In this document: one piece after another, positions 12,482 to 26,200 of the stretch | How positions within the stretch are numbered: the stretch's first letter is position 1 | Layout: the number at the start of each line of letters is the position of its first letter | Notes under the pieces: generated by a model | Seen by the model: only the letters and a program-made list of their open reading frames with translations | The model's database searches: none | What the model was told of the DNA's origin: nothing | From: Balanoglossus misakiensis | Taxonomy: Eukaryota; Animalia; Hemichordata | Assembly: GCA_040954595.2 (NCBI GenBank) | Contig: CM082587.2 | Location: 4,296,093 to 4,360,092 of the forward strand | DNA length: 64,000 nt | Direction of reading: 5' to 3' | Position numbers and translations under genes: made by a program

Positions 12482-15400
12482 CTGTGTAGAAGGAAAAACC
12501 ACAATTTATAAACTGTCTTGAACAACCTTTTTATCGAACAGAATGCAAGGAAGTATCATCTATTTTGAGGATTTTCGTGAAATCAGTGTCATTTAAACCA
12601 CGATTCCTCCATGCACCAGGGATCGCGTTTAAAGGGTACTTTTCGTGGGTACGTACAAGCAGGGGCAGTTTGAACCAATTGTCTTTCAATTTCCAGTTGA
12701 TTGATTGATTGGTTGATTCTCATTTAACTGGGAAATGTAATTGTTTTATAAGAAAAAAAACTATGCACGCAGACATTGTTGTTGTAGGTAGCGATGTCGT
12801 CATATAGTGGCCGCGGTTGTTCGCCTGGGCCTGTATTCAAGTCATCGCCGGGCCTTGCAAGGAGGCAGATCGAAAACCCCCACGAAGATATCGACAAATG
12901 CAAATAATAACACAGGCATGGATTTTTGCTAAACTTATCGCCTGTGTTTTCAGTGTTTAAAGCTGCGTCACCGGGGTCTGATATTGTTCAACAATGGATC
13001 TACAACGCCCGATCGATCCCCAAGCTCTTTGCTTGATTGAAAAAGGCGACTTGATCTATCGTTTTTAAAACCCGAAACATTATCAATATTTTATGAGGTA
13101 TTTTTTTTCTCTCTCTCTCTCCAGTACGATACGCGGTCGTTGCTCTCAGTCCGACACGGACTCCGGCTTTCGAGTGTGCATGTCGCTAAACAAATAGTTA
13201 AGTACTCGTCCAGTGCACTTGTAAACGTGTCGAAACAACACACATAGGCACAGTGGCAAGTTCTAAATAAACACTGTCTTTTCGCGTTACTGGAATATTT
13301 GTGTTTCTCTGACATTGGGGAATCGCGCACGCCCCTATAGGGTATGTTTACCTTTTGGCCAGACACGGGACGGGCGCACATGTACCTGTGTGCTTGTTTT
13401 TGTCAGAGGCGTGGAAATACATCACACGATACTATATGTAAACTGGAGAGCCAAAAGACCAGCGGCTTATATATGGATCTTTGGTATAGACAAGGCATTT
13501 TATTCAATGATAGTTCGAATACATCATCAGCTCTTTGAGAACCCATTTTCAGTGTCCGGTCTCGTGATTTTCAAATCGGGTTGATGACACCAAACGGGTC
13601 GAGGAGTTTGCGAACAGCACGCATTGTCCGCTCTTCCTGTGTTTTCGACGTGTTTGGTGTGAAACACAGACCGAAACAGAGCCCCCTGCTAGTCACCGAC
13701 CAACCACGGGAGAGGACCAAAGGAAGAAAAGCGTCCATTTTTTGCGCCCTTCAAAAGATTGTGGCCGTATTGTGCGCGCGTTTGTCGTTTGCAGGTGCGG
13801 GTGGTCAAACTCTGAAATGACGAATGAAAAGGCTGAATAAGGAAAGGAAATCTCTCAAGCGATGAAGTCATAGACACTCTTGTCCGTAGAAACAGACTCC
13901 GCGGAATATCTGTGATTTCCAGCTATAAATACACGGCACGGAGGGGTTTTACATAAAATATATCTATTTTAAAACCCTTCCTCAACTCCCCATTCGTCGC
14001 ACTGGCGGACCTGTGATGTGAATCACACGTCATATCGTGTAGTGTCTACCGTCTCCCTTCAACTTTCAAATCTTGTGTAGTTAATATTCCCTCAGAAAAA
14101 AATTGCGGGCCTTTAAGTTGTGATACAGGGCAAACTTAATCGCCAATTTTGCATCGGGGGTTCACAAATGTTCAAGACGGATAGTTCAATTATAAAAAGG
14201 GGCCAACTTTTGACAAGTTCTCATTCTGTTCAGCATACACCCCACTTTTGAGAATCGACAGAAGAGGCGTTTGTAAAAAAAAAAAATCAACAGCGGTTTA
14301 AAAGAATGTTTAGTATGACCGTCCGCCCAAAAGAGCACCACAGGTGGTACAAATATGAACCGTTTTTGTGAAAAGTATTTCTAAAGGCTCGGCGATGAAT
14401 GATATGATTGTATTTGTTGGTGAAGAATGAAGTTAATCATTTGCAGTGTCATCTTTCTCTCGTCAACCCAACACGTCAAATCTTGCCGTGTGACCCGCCG
14501 GACTCAACACAGAGACAACAGATGATTACATTTGTGTTGTGAAATTTCACGTCATGTCCGGTCGACCAGAAACAGCAGGCCGCAATCGATGTTCTTTCTT
14601 ATCGATGATCACTCACACATTCAATCGGTTCGGTTTGTGTACAGGGCGAGTTTCATTTCAAAGTAGTCGCGAATTCAGTTGCCAAAATGATTGGAAGATG
14701 TGAATGATAGTGTATTGAGTATATACGTGGCCTGTACTTACGTTTGACGTATGACGGTCGCGATTGGCCTTAAAAGGTTGTCAAATGACGAACAATTTTC
14801 TAATTGATTTCCGTCGGGTATCATTGCCTAAATTAATTTTAATTAATTTATAAAATATGTTCCCGCCATCGAAGGGAAGATCGGAGGTGGATCATTTCCG
14901 ATGCGGACGCGGATGTCTACTGCCTTCTGTGCGATTTATCGCGGCAGGCATCTCGGCGAAAAGGAGAAAGACTGACCGCCCCATATGCCCCATACTGGTA
15001 GATTTCAATATATTGCGTAAAAATGCAACTTGTACCGGCGATTATCGCCGATACAGCCTTAATCCTTCATTGTGCATTGTTTCGCTTTTTATGAATATGG
15101 GCAGTATCGTTTTAAATCGAACATGGCACGTCCCGAAGCCTGGCCGATATCCCGCATTACATACCGGAGAGCCTGCCTCGACGTCCAGGGCGTCTCAATT
15201 CAATGTGCACTGCTTTACAATAGCAGAAAAACCCACAAAGTCATGAAATTTCGCAACGGATCGTCTTCGATCACACCAGCGTTACGTACGTGACGCGCAA
15301 GTGTTCTGCTCACTACGGCTCTGCACCCACGAACGAATCAAGCTAGCACCGCCCAAAAAATTGATGAGTTCGCGAGGGCCTCGCCCACCAACAAACTACG

Positions 15401-15737
15401 GCTCTCGAGTTAGCGACGTTCACTCAGCGGACGGAAGAAAGTGACGGCGGTGCCTTCGCACCGGATTGCATAATAATAACACAGTCAATGTTGGAATCTA
15501 CAGCTACAATGTCCGAACAGAAATATCTTACCTGTAGTAATCTTCCTTGCAGTAGATATTCCCATCCTTGGCAAAACACGTAAGCTCGGAGTCCAGTCTA
15601 AGTTTGCACTCACAACATTTCAGGCATTGCATGTGCCACTGCTTGTCGACGGCCAGAAGGTAGTAGCGGTCCACAATGCGTCCCTCGCAGCCGGCGCACA
15701 AACAAGGCTTATTTTCCCTGTTGATGACGGGCATGGT
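12123..15737 (-). CDS. LHX2/9: LIM-homeobox gene Lhx2/9 (apterous orthologue), partial: LIM1 exon 15737-15532 and LIM2 exon 12481-12123; homeobox exon(s) not found in window
   Basis: The spliced translation TMPVINRENKPCLCAGCEGRIVDRYYLLAVDKQWHMQCLKCCECKLRLDSELTCFAKDGNIYCKEDYYR/RFSVKRCARCHLGISASEMVMRARDMVYHVSCFTC...GAVQKGRPRKRKSP closely matches LHX2/LHX9 as I know them. Splice sites are canonical GT-AG with compatible phases. Confidence 0.96.
15532..15737 (-). CDS. LHX2/9: Lhx2/9 LIM1 exon (206 nt)
   Basis: Acceptor tttttccattcgccgcag|ACCATGCCC, donor TACTACAG|gtaag; LIM zinc-finger Cys/His pattern. Confidence 0.95.
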
Positions 15738-15899
15738 CTGCGGCGAATGGAAAAAGAAGAAAGAGAAATCAGTAAATCCAGCGTTTTATATAGTGTGTCG
15801 GGATTTGTGTCTACGGAAGATATGTCACGGCGATCGAGCCAACAATTGAACTGATAGCGGTAACCTAAGCCGGAGAGAGAGAAAAACGAGAAAGATGAG

Positions 15900-16600
15900 A
15901 GCGTAAGTGGGAGAACCAATTGATTAAGAGTATTACGGTACGGTTGAGAGGAGGAGTTAGCCTGATTGGCGCGTGTTGGGGCTGGCTGGAAAACTTGCGA
16001 GGATTCGAGTCGTGAAAAGCGCGGCGTGTCGGGCCCCCCAAAAAAACAAAACTTCTAGCGCCAAGTCTCTCCTACCCTTTCAAAGGCCGCGTTCGTCTCG
16101 TTTGTGCAACTGTCCAGCAGTGAGTTCCCGTCGCTGTCGTGCTCTGCGCTGTGTGGAATTTCTCTCTGTAGCTTAAGGCTATAGCGAGCGCCTTCCATGC
16201 CCATCAAGGAGCGATGTGGAGTTCATAATAACCAGTCACAAGTTCGGGATAGAGCCGTATCTGAACCGGTCGAAATGTTGTCGGCAAGCGGCGGCAGGTC
16301 GGCTGTTGCGGCGTACGCGCAAGGCTGCTCCAGTTTCAACAATGCTCGACGTACCCCGAGCATCGCTGGTGTGTACAACAGTTTTTGAGTGTAATAATGA
16401 GAGGGGAGGGTCGGCCGATTCGTTTGACAATCAACCGGGCGCTTAAACAACGCACCAGTTTTTTTGTGTGCGCTCTCCCAATCTCATTGATCGACAACCA
16501 TTGAAAAGGGTCAGCGCTATTTCAGGATATAACCCGACTCCTGATTGGCCAGTCCGGCAAGGTTCACTTTTCCAATCTCCGGATTCCCTTCCACGGTGCA
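15900..16600 (-). promoter_or_regulatory. CCAAT-rich, CpG-rich proximal/alternative promoter-like region just upstream of the LIM1 exon
   Basis: tgattggc at ~15963 and ~16543, ccaatc at ~16478 and ~16572; the LIM1 exon carries its own ACCATG. Confidence 0.3.
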
Positions 16601-18406
16601 TCAGACAGCTCAGCGGCACAGCGCCGTGCGGGTCCACTCCCCTCGCGCTGCTTGTGCCGCGGCGCGATTTCATACAGTTATGTTTGGTTTGATCGAATTC
16701 CCGTCTTAGTCAGGGCGTGTTTGAGGAAAGCGAGTGATACCCGCAGCTGTGTCTAAACTTCCTTTCATACACACCAGTGTTGATGAATAGCACTGGGGGG
16801 ACAATGGATGGATGGAGTCCGACTACGGAATATTTTTAACGCGACAAATGGACTGGAAAAGCCTGAACAACTTTAAACAAATGAGTTTTGTGTAATTTAT
16901 TCACACGGAACTAAATACCCCTGGACCGGGGTCCGTGCCCCTTGCTTGCATATGCCGCGATTCAGACGAGTCACACTTTAAAAAAAAAAAAGCTGGCAAA
17001 AAAACCCGGCGAAGCAGCTGCGCGCGTCACCGCAGAGATGTGATTTCCCCCCTAACGACGGAGAAGACAGATCGAAGAAAGGGAAAAATACGCGCGAAAC
17101 AAAGCGCTGGGCCTTTTAAGAGCGAATGACACGCAGTTGATGTACCTCGAATACGTAATCGTGCCTCTTTGGTGCGCAATTCAGGACCCCTTTATGCTTG
17201 CTTAACCCGGCGTATTGAATAGATAAGAGCCCGAGTTATCGGTCATTAGGATGTACTTTGGCGATTGATAAGTAACCCAACCAAAACAAAAACAGTCACT
17301 GGGGCAAATTTCAAAGTAAACACCCCTTAAAATGAGCAACGTGGTCTCTCTAAGTTTAGAAGAAGAAAACCAGAAGAAGCATAGAAACAAACGTTTAAAT
17401 ACACGAATTGAAATCCCCCCTTTCGCTATTCCACCCAGAACACGGGGTGCGGTTTTTGGCTATCACCTGTGATATTATGTATCCGCGTATCAATTTGTAC
17501 AATCAATAAAGCGTCTTTTACAAAAGCCATTGTTGAACGATTTCCAATGCCAAACTGAAGCACACATCCTCGGGGCAGTTTTGAACACTTTTCATTCAAC
17601 CCTTCTGGTACAAATATGATTTTATACACTTTCAATAAAGGGGGTCAGATAGTAACCCGACGCATAATGGACTCACTAATATTAATATATCGTCTGGACA
17701 ATCTCCCAGGCATCTTGCTTCTTTTAATGGTATACTATAGCTGTTGAACGTTTAGGTTGCTAGCGGTGGCACTTTCCTTGTACACAACATACATCCCAGT
17801 AGATTGATGTTGAGACCAGTGTTCGCAGACGCCCACGGTACCAAATATAAAACCCCGGAATGTGTATTTTTGTCGTCCGCGAAGAAGTATCTAGGGTGCC
17901 CTACGTCGTCCTTACAGGAACGCATGTTCCCCCCCCCCCACTTCTTTTCACGCACCCCTCTGACGCATCGTCTCGGATTGCAGTCCGTCGCTCTTCTCCG
18001 GACCCCGAGCGATTTAAAAGCGACAATTCCAAATAAACACACATAATGGACACTTAGCAGAATCAACACATCCAAACAGCTCTTAAGCTGAAAACCTCGA
18101 ACAAATATATCAAAACTGCTGCTTATCTTAATTACCGAATATGATGACCAGATTTCAAAGATAAGTCACATCTACGAACTATGTGACTTACCAACAATGT
18201 TTAAACCATAGACAGTAGAAATCTAAACTTGACACCTCGACGTAAAAATAGAGGAAGTATTATACGCATGCCCAGAAGAGAACCGTTATTAACTGGTATA
18301 CTGGCATGCTATTTCATTGATGAGAGAGTCGTCGTAAAGAAATAGTGCAAGCAGATACAAACTTAATGCAAACTTTACAAACTAGTACATACAAAGATAC
18401 ATAGAT

Positions 18407-18437
<31 letters not shown>
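18407..18437. repeat. (GACA)n microsatellite
   Basis: Direct read. Confidence 0.9.
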
Positions 18438-19770
18438 TTTTATCGGATCATAATACGGCATCATCCCTAAAGGCCTGTGACAATCGCCGCCAACGATATT
18501 TTTTTGCAAAGATACTGAAGATGCCTTTTGAAGATGACACTATTGTAACAAGCTCTGCGATATCATCGTCGATGAAAAGTATGACCCCGAGGTAAAGAGT
18601 CGATGAAAGACGAAAAAATCTTATCAGGTGTGGATAATGGAGCCAAGTCTTTTCAATTTAAAGAGTTTATGAGATATGATAGGGTACTGAGAGACCGCTG
18701 ACTGCTCCCAACACGACTTATTTGTGCGTATCGCCCTTGTTTCCCGCGAGATACCCATCTCCGATTTGCGCCGAGAAAGGATTTCAACTCATTTCGCCCG
18801 CTCGTAATCAAGCCTGACACTACACAGCCTCTCTCTGTGGCATTCTTCCGGTAGATTATTCCCCCGATTTTTCATCCTTTGCTCGGCAATTTCGCCCCCG
18901 GGCGCCGGAGACGCTGAGGATCGCCGACCCCGATGAAGAAAAGTTATCTTGTCGCGCTTTGAAGCTGAACCGGAAACAAATCTTATAAGCTCGACTCAGA
19001 CCTCGGCTGCAAAGGAACAGCTTGGGTTCAGGGAACACTTCAACGCTCACCGTTCAGTGTTCTATTTTCTCGAGACCGCGAGAGCGATTCGCGTGAAAAG
19101 GGATGTCTGTACCCGAACAACGGACGCAGCTGGCATACGGCAAAAAAACACTCTGAAATGCCAGTGAGAAAACGTGCCTCAGACGGTAGCACTGAAGAAT
19201 AATGACAAAATAGCAATGACAAAAAAACAAGGACAGAATTTCTTAATCCTGTCCATCTTCGACTCTTGAACAAGAGCGTCAATACAGCCATGTGAAAAAT
19301 GACACACTCGAAATGATCTGGAAGGCCACTTGTAATCCTGACAATACCAGGAACATTGTGCGGAAAGATTTCCGGTTAACCCAGGTCTGCTTCGTAATGT
19401 ACAAAAAAGAGTGGAGTCGATCAATTCAACTGTTAATATCTACAACATTTTGTCATGTCGATGGAAGACCAACCGAATAAATTGGCAGCCTTGGGCGTTT
19501 GCCTTCGCGATTTTAATTGCAACTCGCATCAGTATCGATCGGTCGACCGGTCACCTTGACGGAGTCACTCCCACTCTCGCGATAATCTTCCTTCAGAGTG
19601 TATGAGGGAGAGGGAGAGAGAGAGAGGGGGGGGGGGGGAGAAGAGAGAGAGAGAGAAAGGAGAGAGAGAGAGACTAAGACAGTTATAGACCGAGACAGAC
19701 ACACAGCAAGGAAAAACACCACGCACGTGGTCAAAATGAAAACAGCCAACCTCCGCGAGAAAAGACTCAC

Positions 19771-20270
19771 TCGTCACTCCTGAAACAGGAATTGAGATAG
19801 CTTACCGGTCCACGACATTCGATAACACTCGTTCTCTTGAATCGCACACAGAACACACGCTTCGTTGGGCAGGCAGAACCGGTGTGGGGGCAGAAGTTGA
19901 CAACGTCCGAAATACTCGACGCATTCTGGTTTCCTTGCACGGGGACGCGGTTGCTGCAGAATTCGACCGATTCCAAATCTGGCAGCGCTCTCAACGGGGA
20001 ACCCCGTCTTGTCCGATTCGATAATCGCCGTGGACGGTTTCAGCTCTCACAGTTTGACGGGCCTAGAGTTTTATGACAGCCGACTTCAATTAATTAACTA
20101 TTATGGCACGGGTTTTATAGGCGCTAATTAATCAAAATTAGACGGTAATGTTTCTCGTCGTAAGGGCATGCGAACGTTCCTGTCCATTGGGGGACCAGTG
20201 TAAGACTGTAAATTAGCATTTCAAAAGACATTAACCTCTTCTTTGTGGGCCCTTTGTAATTTGCATATTA
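19771..20270 (-). promoter_or_regulatory. Candidate Lhx2/9 promoter and first (probably non-coding) exon
   Basis: Minus-strand TATAAAA at 20119-20113, CCAAT at 20189-20185 and octamer ATGCAAAT near 20259-20266. A CpG-rich segment follows, ending at strong donors CCG|gtaagc (19806) and CGA|gtgagt (19771). Several TAATTA sites are present. Confidence 0.4.
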
Positions 20271-23200
20271 TTCTCCAACATCTGTACCTTATACAAAAAA
20301 GCTAGAAAATGTTTGGAATGAGTTGCCACTCTACAACTCTGACCCGTCTGTCTCACACTAACAATGAAGGGATTGGTCAAGACATGGCCGACCATCCATC
20401 ATCTTTGGGGAAAACTCCCGAATTCCTTGCCGGTGTCGAATAAAATGCCAGAGCCTTTTCATTCAGCAGAATCTCCATCAGCGGGAAACCCAAGCACACG
20501 ACACAAAAATATGAGGTCGCTTGCACTTTTCATAAAAAAATATTGTGAATGCAGACGTGCGACGACCGTCGACATATAGTGTTCGTTTTTTTTTCTCTTG
20601 CCGCCGAGAACAGTCTCTTCCATAAACCGTGCTTTGTGGAACAATGTTGCATATTGAAAAGTTGAATGTGAGCTTACACGAAGTACGCGATGAGTGTCGC
20701 CCGTAATTAACACTACCACTGCTGCCCTTTCAGAAGTACACGTCAGTTAAAAGAGAACGGGTCTGCTGTAAAATGGAGAAACATGGTCACTAGACCAAAC
20801 GGTATAATAGAAGAAGCACGGCAGTTTGGTCCACTGGTATCTACTCAATTCCATAGTGTTTCTGGCCTACGTGACTCTTCACAAAAGCATGCGCATCATA
20901 GCGACTTCTAGAAAAACACATGTTTTGGTTATTTCTATGTTAGATGGTATGCGAGCGCTTGGCTCCATAGAACCGTTTTTCTCTCAAACTGCACATTTAA
21001 TTTTCAGGGGCCACCCCCAACAAACAAAAATCACTTCTTGTACTAGTATAGACAAAGACTTAGTTCTATGATGAAGTTAGTCTGAAACAGATTTCTTTAG
21101 AAATACAAGAGAGGCTATACCTATATATCGCCTAGCGACAGAATGAGCCGATTTCCATTTGCTCTGACCTATTTAAAATTAATCGTGTACACATGCGCAC
21201 TAATCACAACCTGGCAGTGCATCTCAGGAGATTGGTTTAAAGCTAATCGGTGTTTGAAAAGTACTTGATGTTTGCTCAAGCACCTGATTCGTCAGTGGCA
21301 CGCGACGACCGGTTTTTTACTGCATGTATAATTGTCGAAACAGCTAAAGCGTGTAACATGCCTTGTTATGAAGTTGTCCGCTACATTCTCAGACCGGACT
21401 TAAAATTCAGTGTCAAACAGTTGACGTCACACGACTGTACACGTAAAGCGGGCATTGGCATTGCAAGTTGAAGCCTGGACGTTTCGACATGTTGCGTGAT
21501 GTAGAACGCGCAGTCGATAAACGTGGAAGAAAGTATATGAAAAGTTACTGTTACTGTCGCTTTAAGGGATCGCATACTTTTAATTGGGTGGTAAGCTAAA
21601 GTCTGGCTGCGGGGCAGGAGTGCGCCGACTTTTGTAGTTCTGTATTTTGAACCGATGTGAAGTGGTGTCTTCTTACTTGGTCACATTCGCGCTTTTTTTG
21701 TCCCTGCGCGCTTCTCCCAATGTCAGTTCGGAAAGGTCAAACGGCAAAAGGCAACGACGATTAAGGTCTTAGCAAGAGCTCGTGTGTATACTCACACGAA
21801 AGAAATGAACTTGGCTTGGTTTGAAGATGAATGCAAAGCATCGTTTCTGAAGAACAATTATACCTAACACACACACGTATACCGAGAAAAAATACCACAT
21901 TGACATTCTTTTTTGCATATAAGACCAGAAAGAATCTTTTCCTTACATGGCGGTTTAGACTGAACCACCTATCTATCTGGGCAGACGTCAGACTTCCAAA
22001 TGGAAACTTTCAGCTCGCCACAACCGATACGGGTGATCGGAACGTCACCCGAACCAACGATCTAAGATTCGTCGCCGTCTCAAATTACCGGCAAACAATT
22101 CTGGCGATGTCAAATTTTCAGGTCTCCCGTCGACATGGAATCGCTGGCATTTTTTCGGGAAAATAATACGCCAACGATACGTTCGCCCGATAGCGCGGAG
22201 TGTGTGCAAGAGGATTGAGTTGAAACGGTGCCTCCGCGCGCACGTTGTTCGGCGTTTGCGCCGGGACGGGCAAGCGATACGGTCTTGGCGAAGCCCAGTT
22301 ATAATGTTTCGAGTGTGACACGCGCCCGTGTCTGTCGATCACCGCACATGACAGAATCGAGACACGGAGCGATGCCATCATACGACAAGGAATCGAAATA
22401 GAGACGAAGAAAAAAAATCCCCGCTCACAACATCATCAGGCATTTACCCCAGGGAAGCTCTTAATTTTATAAGTTAATAATACATCGTGTATGGCTCATG
22501 ATATCGAGGTCATATGTTTCAATCATGCAAATTGTGTACCTACAGTAACAAGGCACGCATACTTTGTTCATGTTAGTTTTACAGTCAACATTTTCCTGAT
22601 GCGTTGAGATATAATTATTCTGACAATGCAATGTTATCTAAAACACATCAATCGTTGCAGCCCTAAGAACATCTACAGTGTATATTTCTTCGAGTTTAGT
22701 TTATCATTTTGATGGCCCACTACTCACTTACGCGAAACTGTCAAATGAAAACAAAAATTGATGAGCGAAAATAATGATCGTCTTGTTTCTAGCAACCACG
22801 TTACTTTTCTGTCAACTGGACACCTCTCAACTTGAAAATTCCCAAGCGTGATGTATATGACATTTGGCGGGGGAGAAGAGAAAAAATCAACGCAAGTACT
22901 TTGAATCGATTTCGACTTTTAGGGGTGCTCTTGGCGGCTCAGCATGACAGCTGACGGTTATTACGGCGTTCACACATCTTCTCGTCGACTTCTCCTTCGA
23001 TTTTTTCGCGCTCGTTTAGGAGACCTCTTCTAATGATAAGATGGTAATCCGTGAGAAAAATTTGACGGAACATTAGGAGCGGGGTGCGGGGCATCGGCCT
23101 TGTTCTGAGTGCCTGTGCTCGCAGGCAACGCTGGAGGGTAGAATTTAATGGGACTCGCACATGTCAGGCAAGGAGGGAGCCCACAGCCCCCTCGTTCATC

Positions 23201-26200
23201 ACCGGTGCGCGTACTCAGTCGTCGTGCATCAAAATCACCACCGCGGATCGGCGGCTGACTAATGACGGACAGCTCGTCCTCTTCACTGTAAAGAAGTTGA
23301 ACTCGTCTCAGGGTAATTTTCCTGTCCATCTTACGTTTTTGTTTTCGGAATCGTGCAAAATGCTCCCGTCCGTGAGAAGTTTTGAAATTGCTGAAGTGAT
23401 TGTTTCGATTCGAAGGACCCGTAGCCTATGATACTCAGTCTGTTACGGGGCACGTACGAACCAGAAGTGCCAATTTCGTCGCCGATTGATTTTGATCAAC
23501 TTATATGATAACGCGATAAAATAACCCAAACATTCTGTTTTTTTCGCTCTCTCTCGCTCTCCAATGCAGGTAAAAACAATCGTGGTAAAATAGGAGTGAT
23601 GATCCTTGATGAAAACATTGGAGCTAGTCACAAAACAAACATTGAGTTGTCGTGTTTTTTTCCTGGTTTCGTTCAACCTATGTAACTATGGTTACCTCAG
23701 CACAAATGACACCAGAAGTGACGTCACCACTAATGGTGAACGTCAGCTTTTTAATTTTCTTCCGGATTATTTTTGCCTGCGTATTCTCGGGTGATATCAA
23801 AATACCATCCAGGGATAAAATTAATTATTCCCTTTTCGTTGTCATCGAGGGTGCTTCAGCGAGAACTTGATTAGTTGTTGGCGCGGAAAAAAAATTGGAA
23901 ACTCACAGCCACTTTGAGAAGAAATACAGCGGAAACTTCTGCACCGTTGAACTCGATGTAAATCTGACTTCAAATGTTCGACGGTAAAACAGGGACCGTA
24001 GCTCAGTGTAATTGATGATATTGTAACGATATTTCCTGTTCGCGGTATCATTTACATATTCTTGTTCTACTCCCCCAAAGCGTAAGCAACCAGGATTTGA
24101 CGATTTGTCAATATGGCCGACGTGTATACACATTGCTAGTATTGACGAATGATTATTGTAGTCCAAACCCCCCATGTTATGATTAATAAATAATAATTCA
24201 AAAATAGTGACATATTCAAGAGATTTTTGGGAAGTCAGGGAATTACAGAATTAGGCTTTTTATAGATGGAGGTTTACATTTACAGTGATCTACCATGCAA
24301 GAACGGTTTTGTATCCATGATAGTATATAAGAAGCGAAAGCAATCTAAAAATTCAATGCTTAAAGGTACAAAGTCACTTGCGAAAAAGACAATACTTTTT
24401 AAAGCAATTTAATTAGACCCGTGCCGGGAAAGCCTCCTCGCTAAATGCTGACCCATCACCCATGTCGATCAAGCGTCTTTTTCTCTCTCTCTCTCTGTAA
24501 ATCTGGACATACTTGGGCGGAATTTGCGGAAGACCTTTTGGGTAATCCCAGTTATCTGTTGCTGCAGCCGCGCAGCGGGGGAGAGGGACGCCCCAAATTT
24601 TGGCTGAATACACATTTTAAGGCGTTTTTTGTTCGCCGTCCTTTGACGGGGGTTGCTGCTCGCTGTATAGGTCTTAAATTACAGAATCAACGCCTATTGA
24701 AGACCCAATAATACAATGGCTACACGATATGCCCCCGTGAATGGACACTTGATTCTCCATTCTTCTCCCGCGACCTGTCAATCAATGAGTGGTCCTGTAG
24801 AAGAAGAAAAAAAATCGCTGGATGTTTTTTATAAACACCGGCAACAGCATTCACTGAACATTTCAACTTTCCAAAAGAGGTTAGAACTTTGTCTTGGAGT
24901 ATAGATTCTGTCTCACAGCACTGAAGAACGAGGCGCTTTCTCGTCGATGTTCTGATGTTTAATAGAGAGTTCGCCAGTTTAAAACCTGTTGCAATGTCCG
25001 AAATTTGGGCCCTGAGCCCACCTTAGTATTACATAGACGACGGGGAAAAAATAAACTATTGGGGCGTATTTCGCCCAAGGATCTTCGTCGCTGTGCGGCG
25101 ACATCAGTCACTCAAAGCGGATCTGAACAGCTCCGCCGCCGCTGGAGAAAGCGCACACTCCCCGATCTCCGGTTAGGCCCTTCTAATGGTCACCCATCAA
25201 AGAGACTCGCGGTGAAACTCGCCCGGGTGATTTTTGTGTAACCCGACACTGAGAATTAGAAGACAAAATGCATTTTTCAGGCACCAATAAGCGACAAAAA
25301 AGCGCATATGCCCCGGTTTCTCCGCAAACCCCGCCGCTGAAAAGGCGACAGTTACATGCGCCTAAAGTAACATATTCTTTTGTTGGTTGAAAACAACGGA
25401 AGATCATTAAGAACTATTATCTTCTAGGTTTTTTTATAAAAAAAAGAAGAGTGAACCACAATCAGGTCCCCTGTCCCTCCCCGAAAAGACGAATTGAAAC
25501 AGTATATGTCTCCGTATATACACTAATCAGCAAAAAACGTACAAAAGGCAACAGTTAGTGTTTTCAACCCGGCATTCAATGCTAAAATCTCAGCATTAAT
25601 ACGGGACTTGATGTTCAAGTCACTCGTGTTGGAAGCTTGAGTCTGCGGTTCCGGAATTTTCCAGCAGATGTCGGGGGAGGGGGGTCTGGCGGTACCCTCA
25701 GCAGCTAGCCATGGTGTACCAGTTTCTGGTGCCGAACTCTGCCTCCGCTCGTGACCAACGGGAGCTGAAATTACTACCACGGTTCCCCTTTCAGACGTTC
25801 ACATCGCTGTTTACTTTCGCCTTCTTCACGCTGTATTTAATCGCCTCAAAGTAAATATTTTCCTACGCTTTTCTGGTTTGAGAGACCCCGCATTGATACA
25901 GAAACAAAACTCTCGGAAAGCACTCGTCTTTATATTTTTTTTATTCGCGTCTCTGCCTTTGTCGGACTCGTCTGTGTGGACAGACACAGAAGTCCAAACT
26001 TTCATAACAATCGTCGCCTCCCCAGCACTACTGACCGCGAGCCGCTCTGAAAACTATCCGTGTTTTCTTGCGACGAGAAAAGAGGTGCGCCCGTAAGAAA
26101 CGCAATCAAGTTGTAAAACAAAAAATGACAAAAACTACAGGCCAAAGTAAATACTCCATTCTTCGAGTGTTTGGCGCTAACACTGAGAAGGAAACCTTTG

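Noticed and set aside
19051-19152. Possible extra Lhx2/9 exon (cag acceptor, gtgagc donor)
   Set aside because: Does not give a frame compatible with the LIM1 exon and shows no similarity to LHX2/9 N-termini
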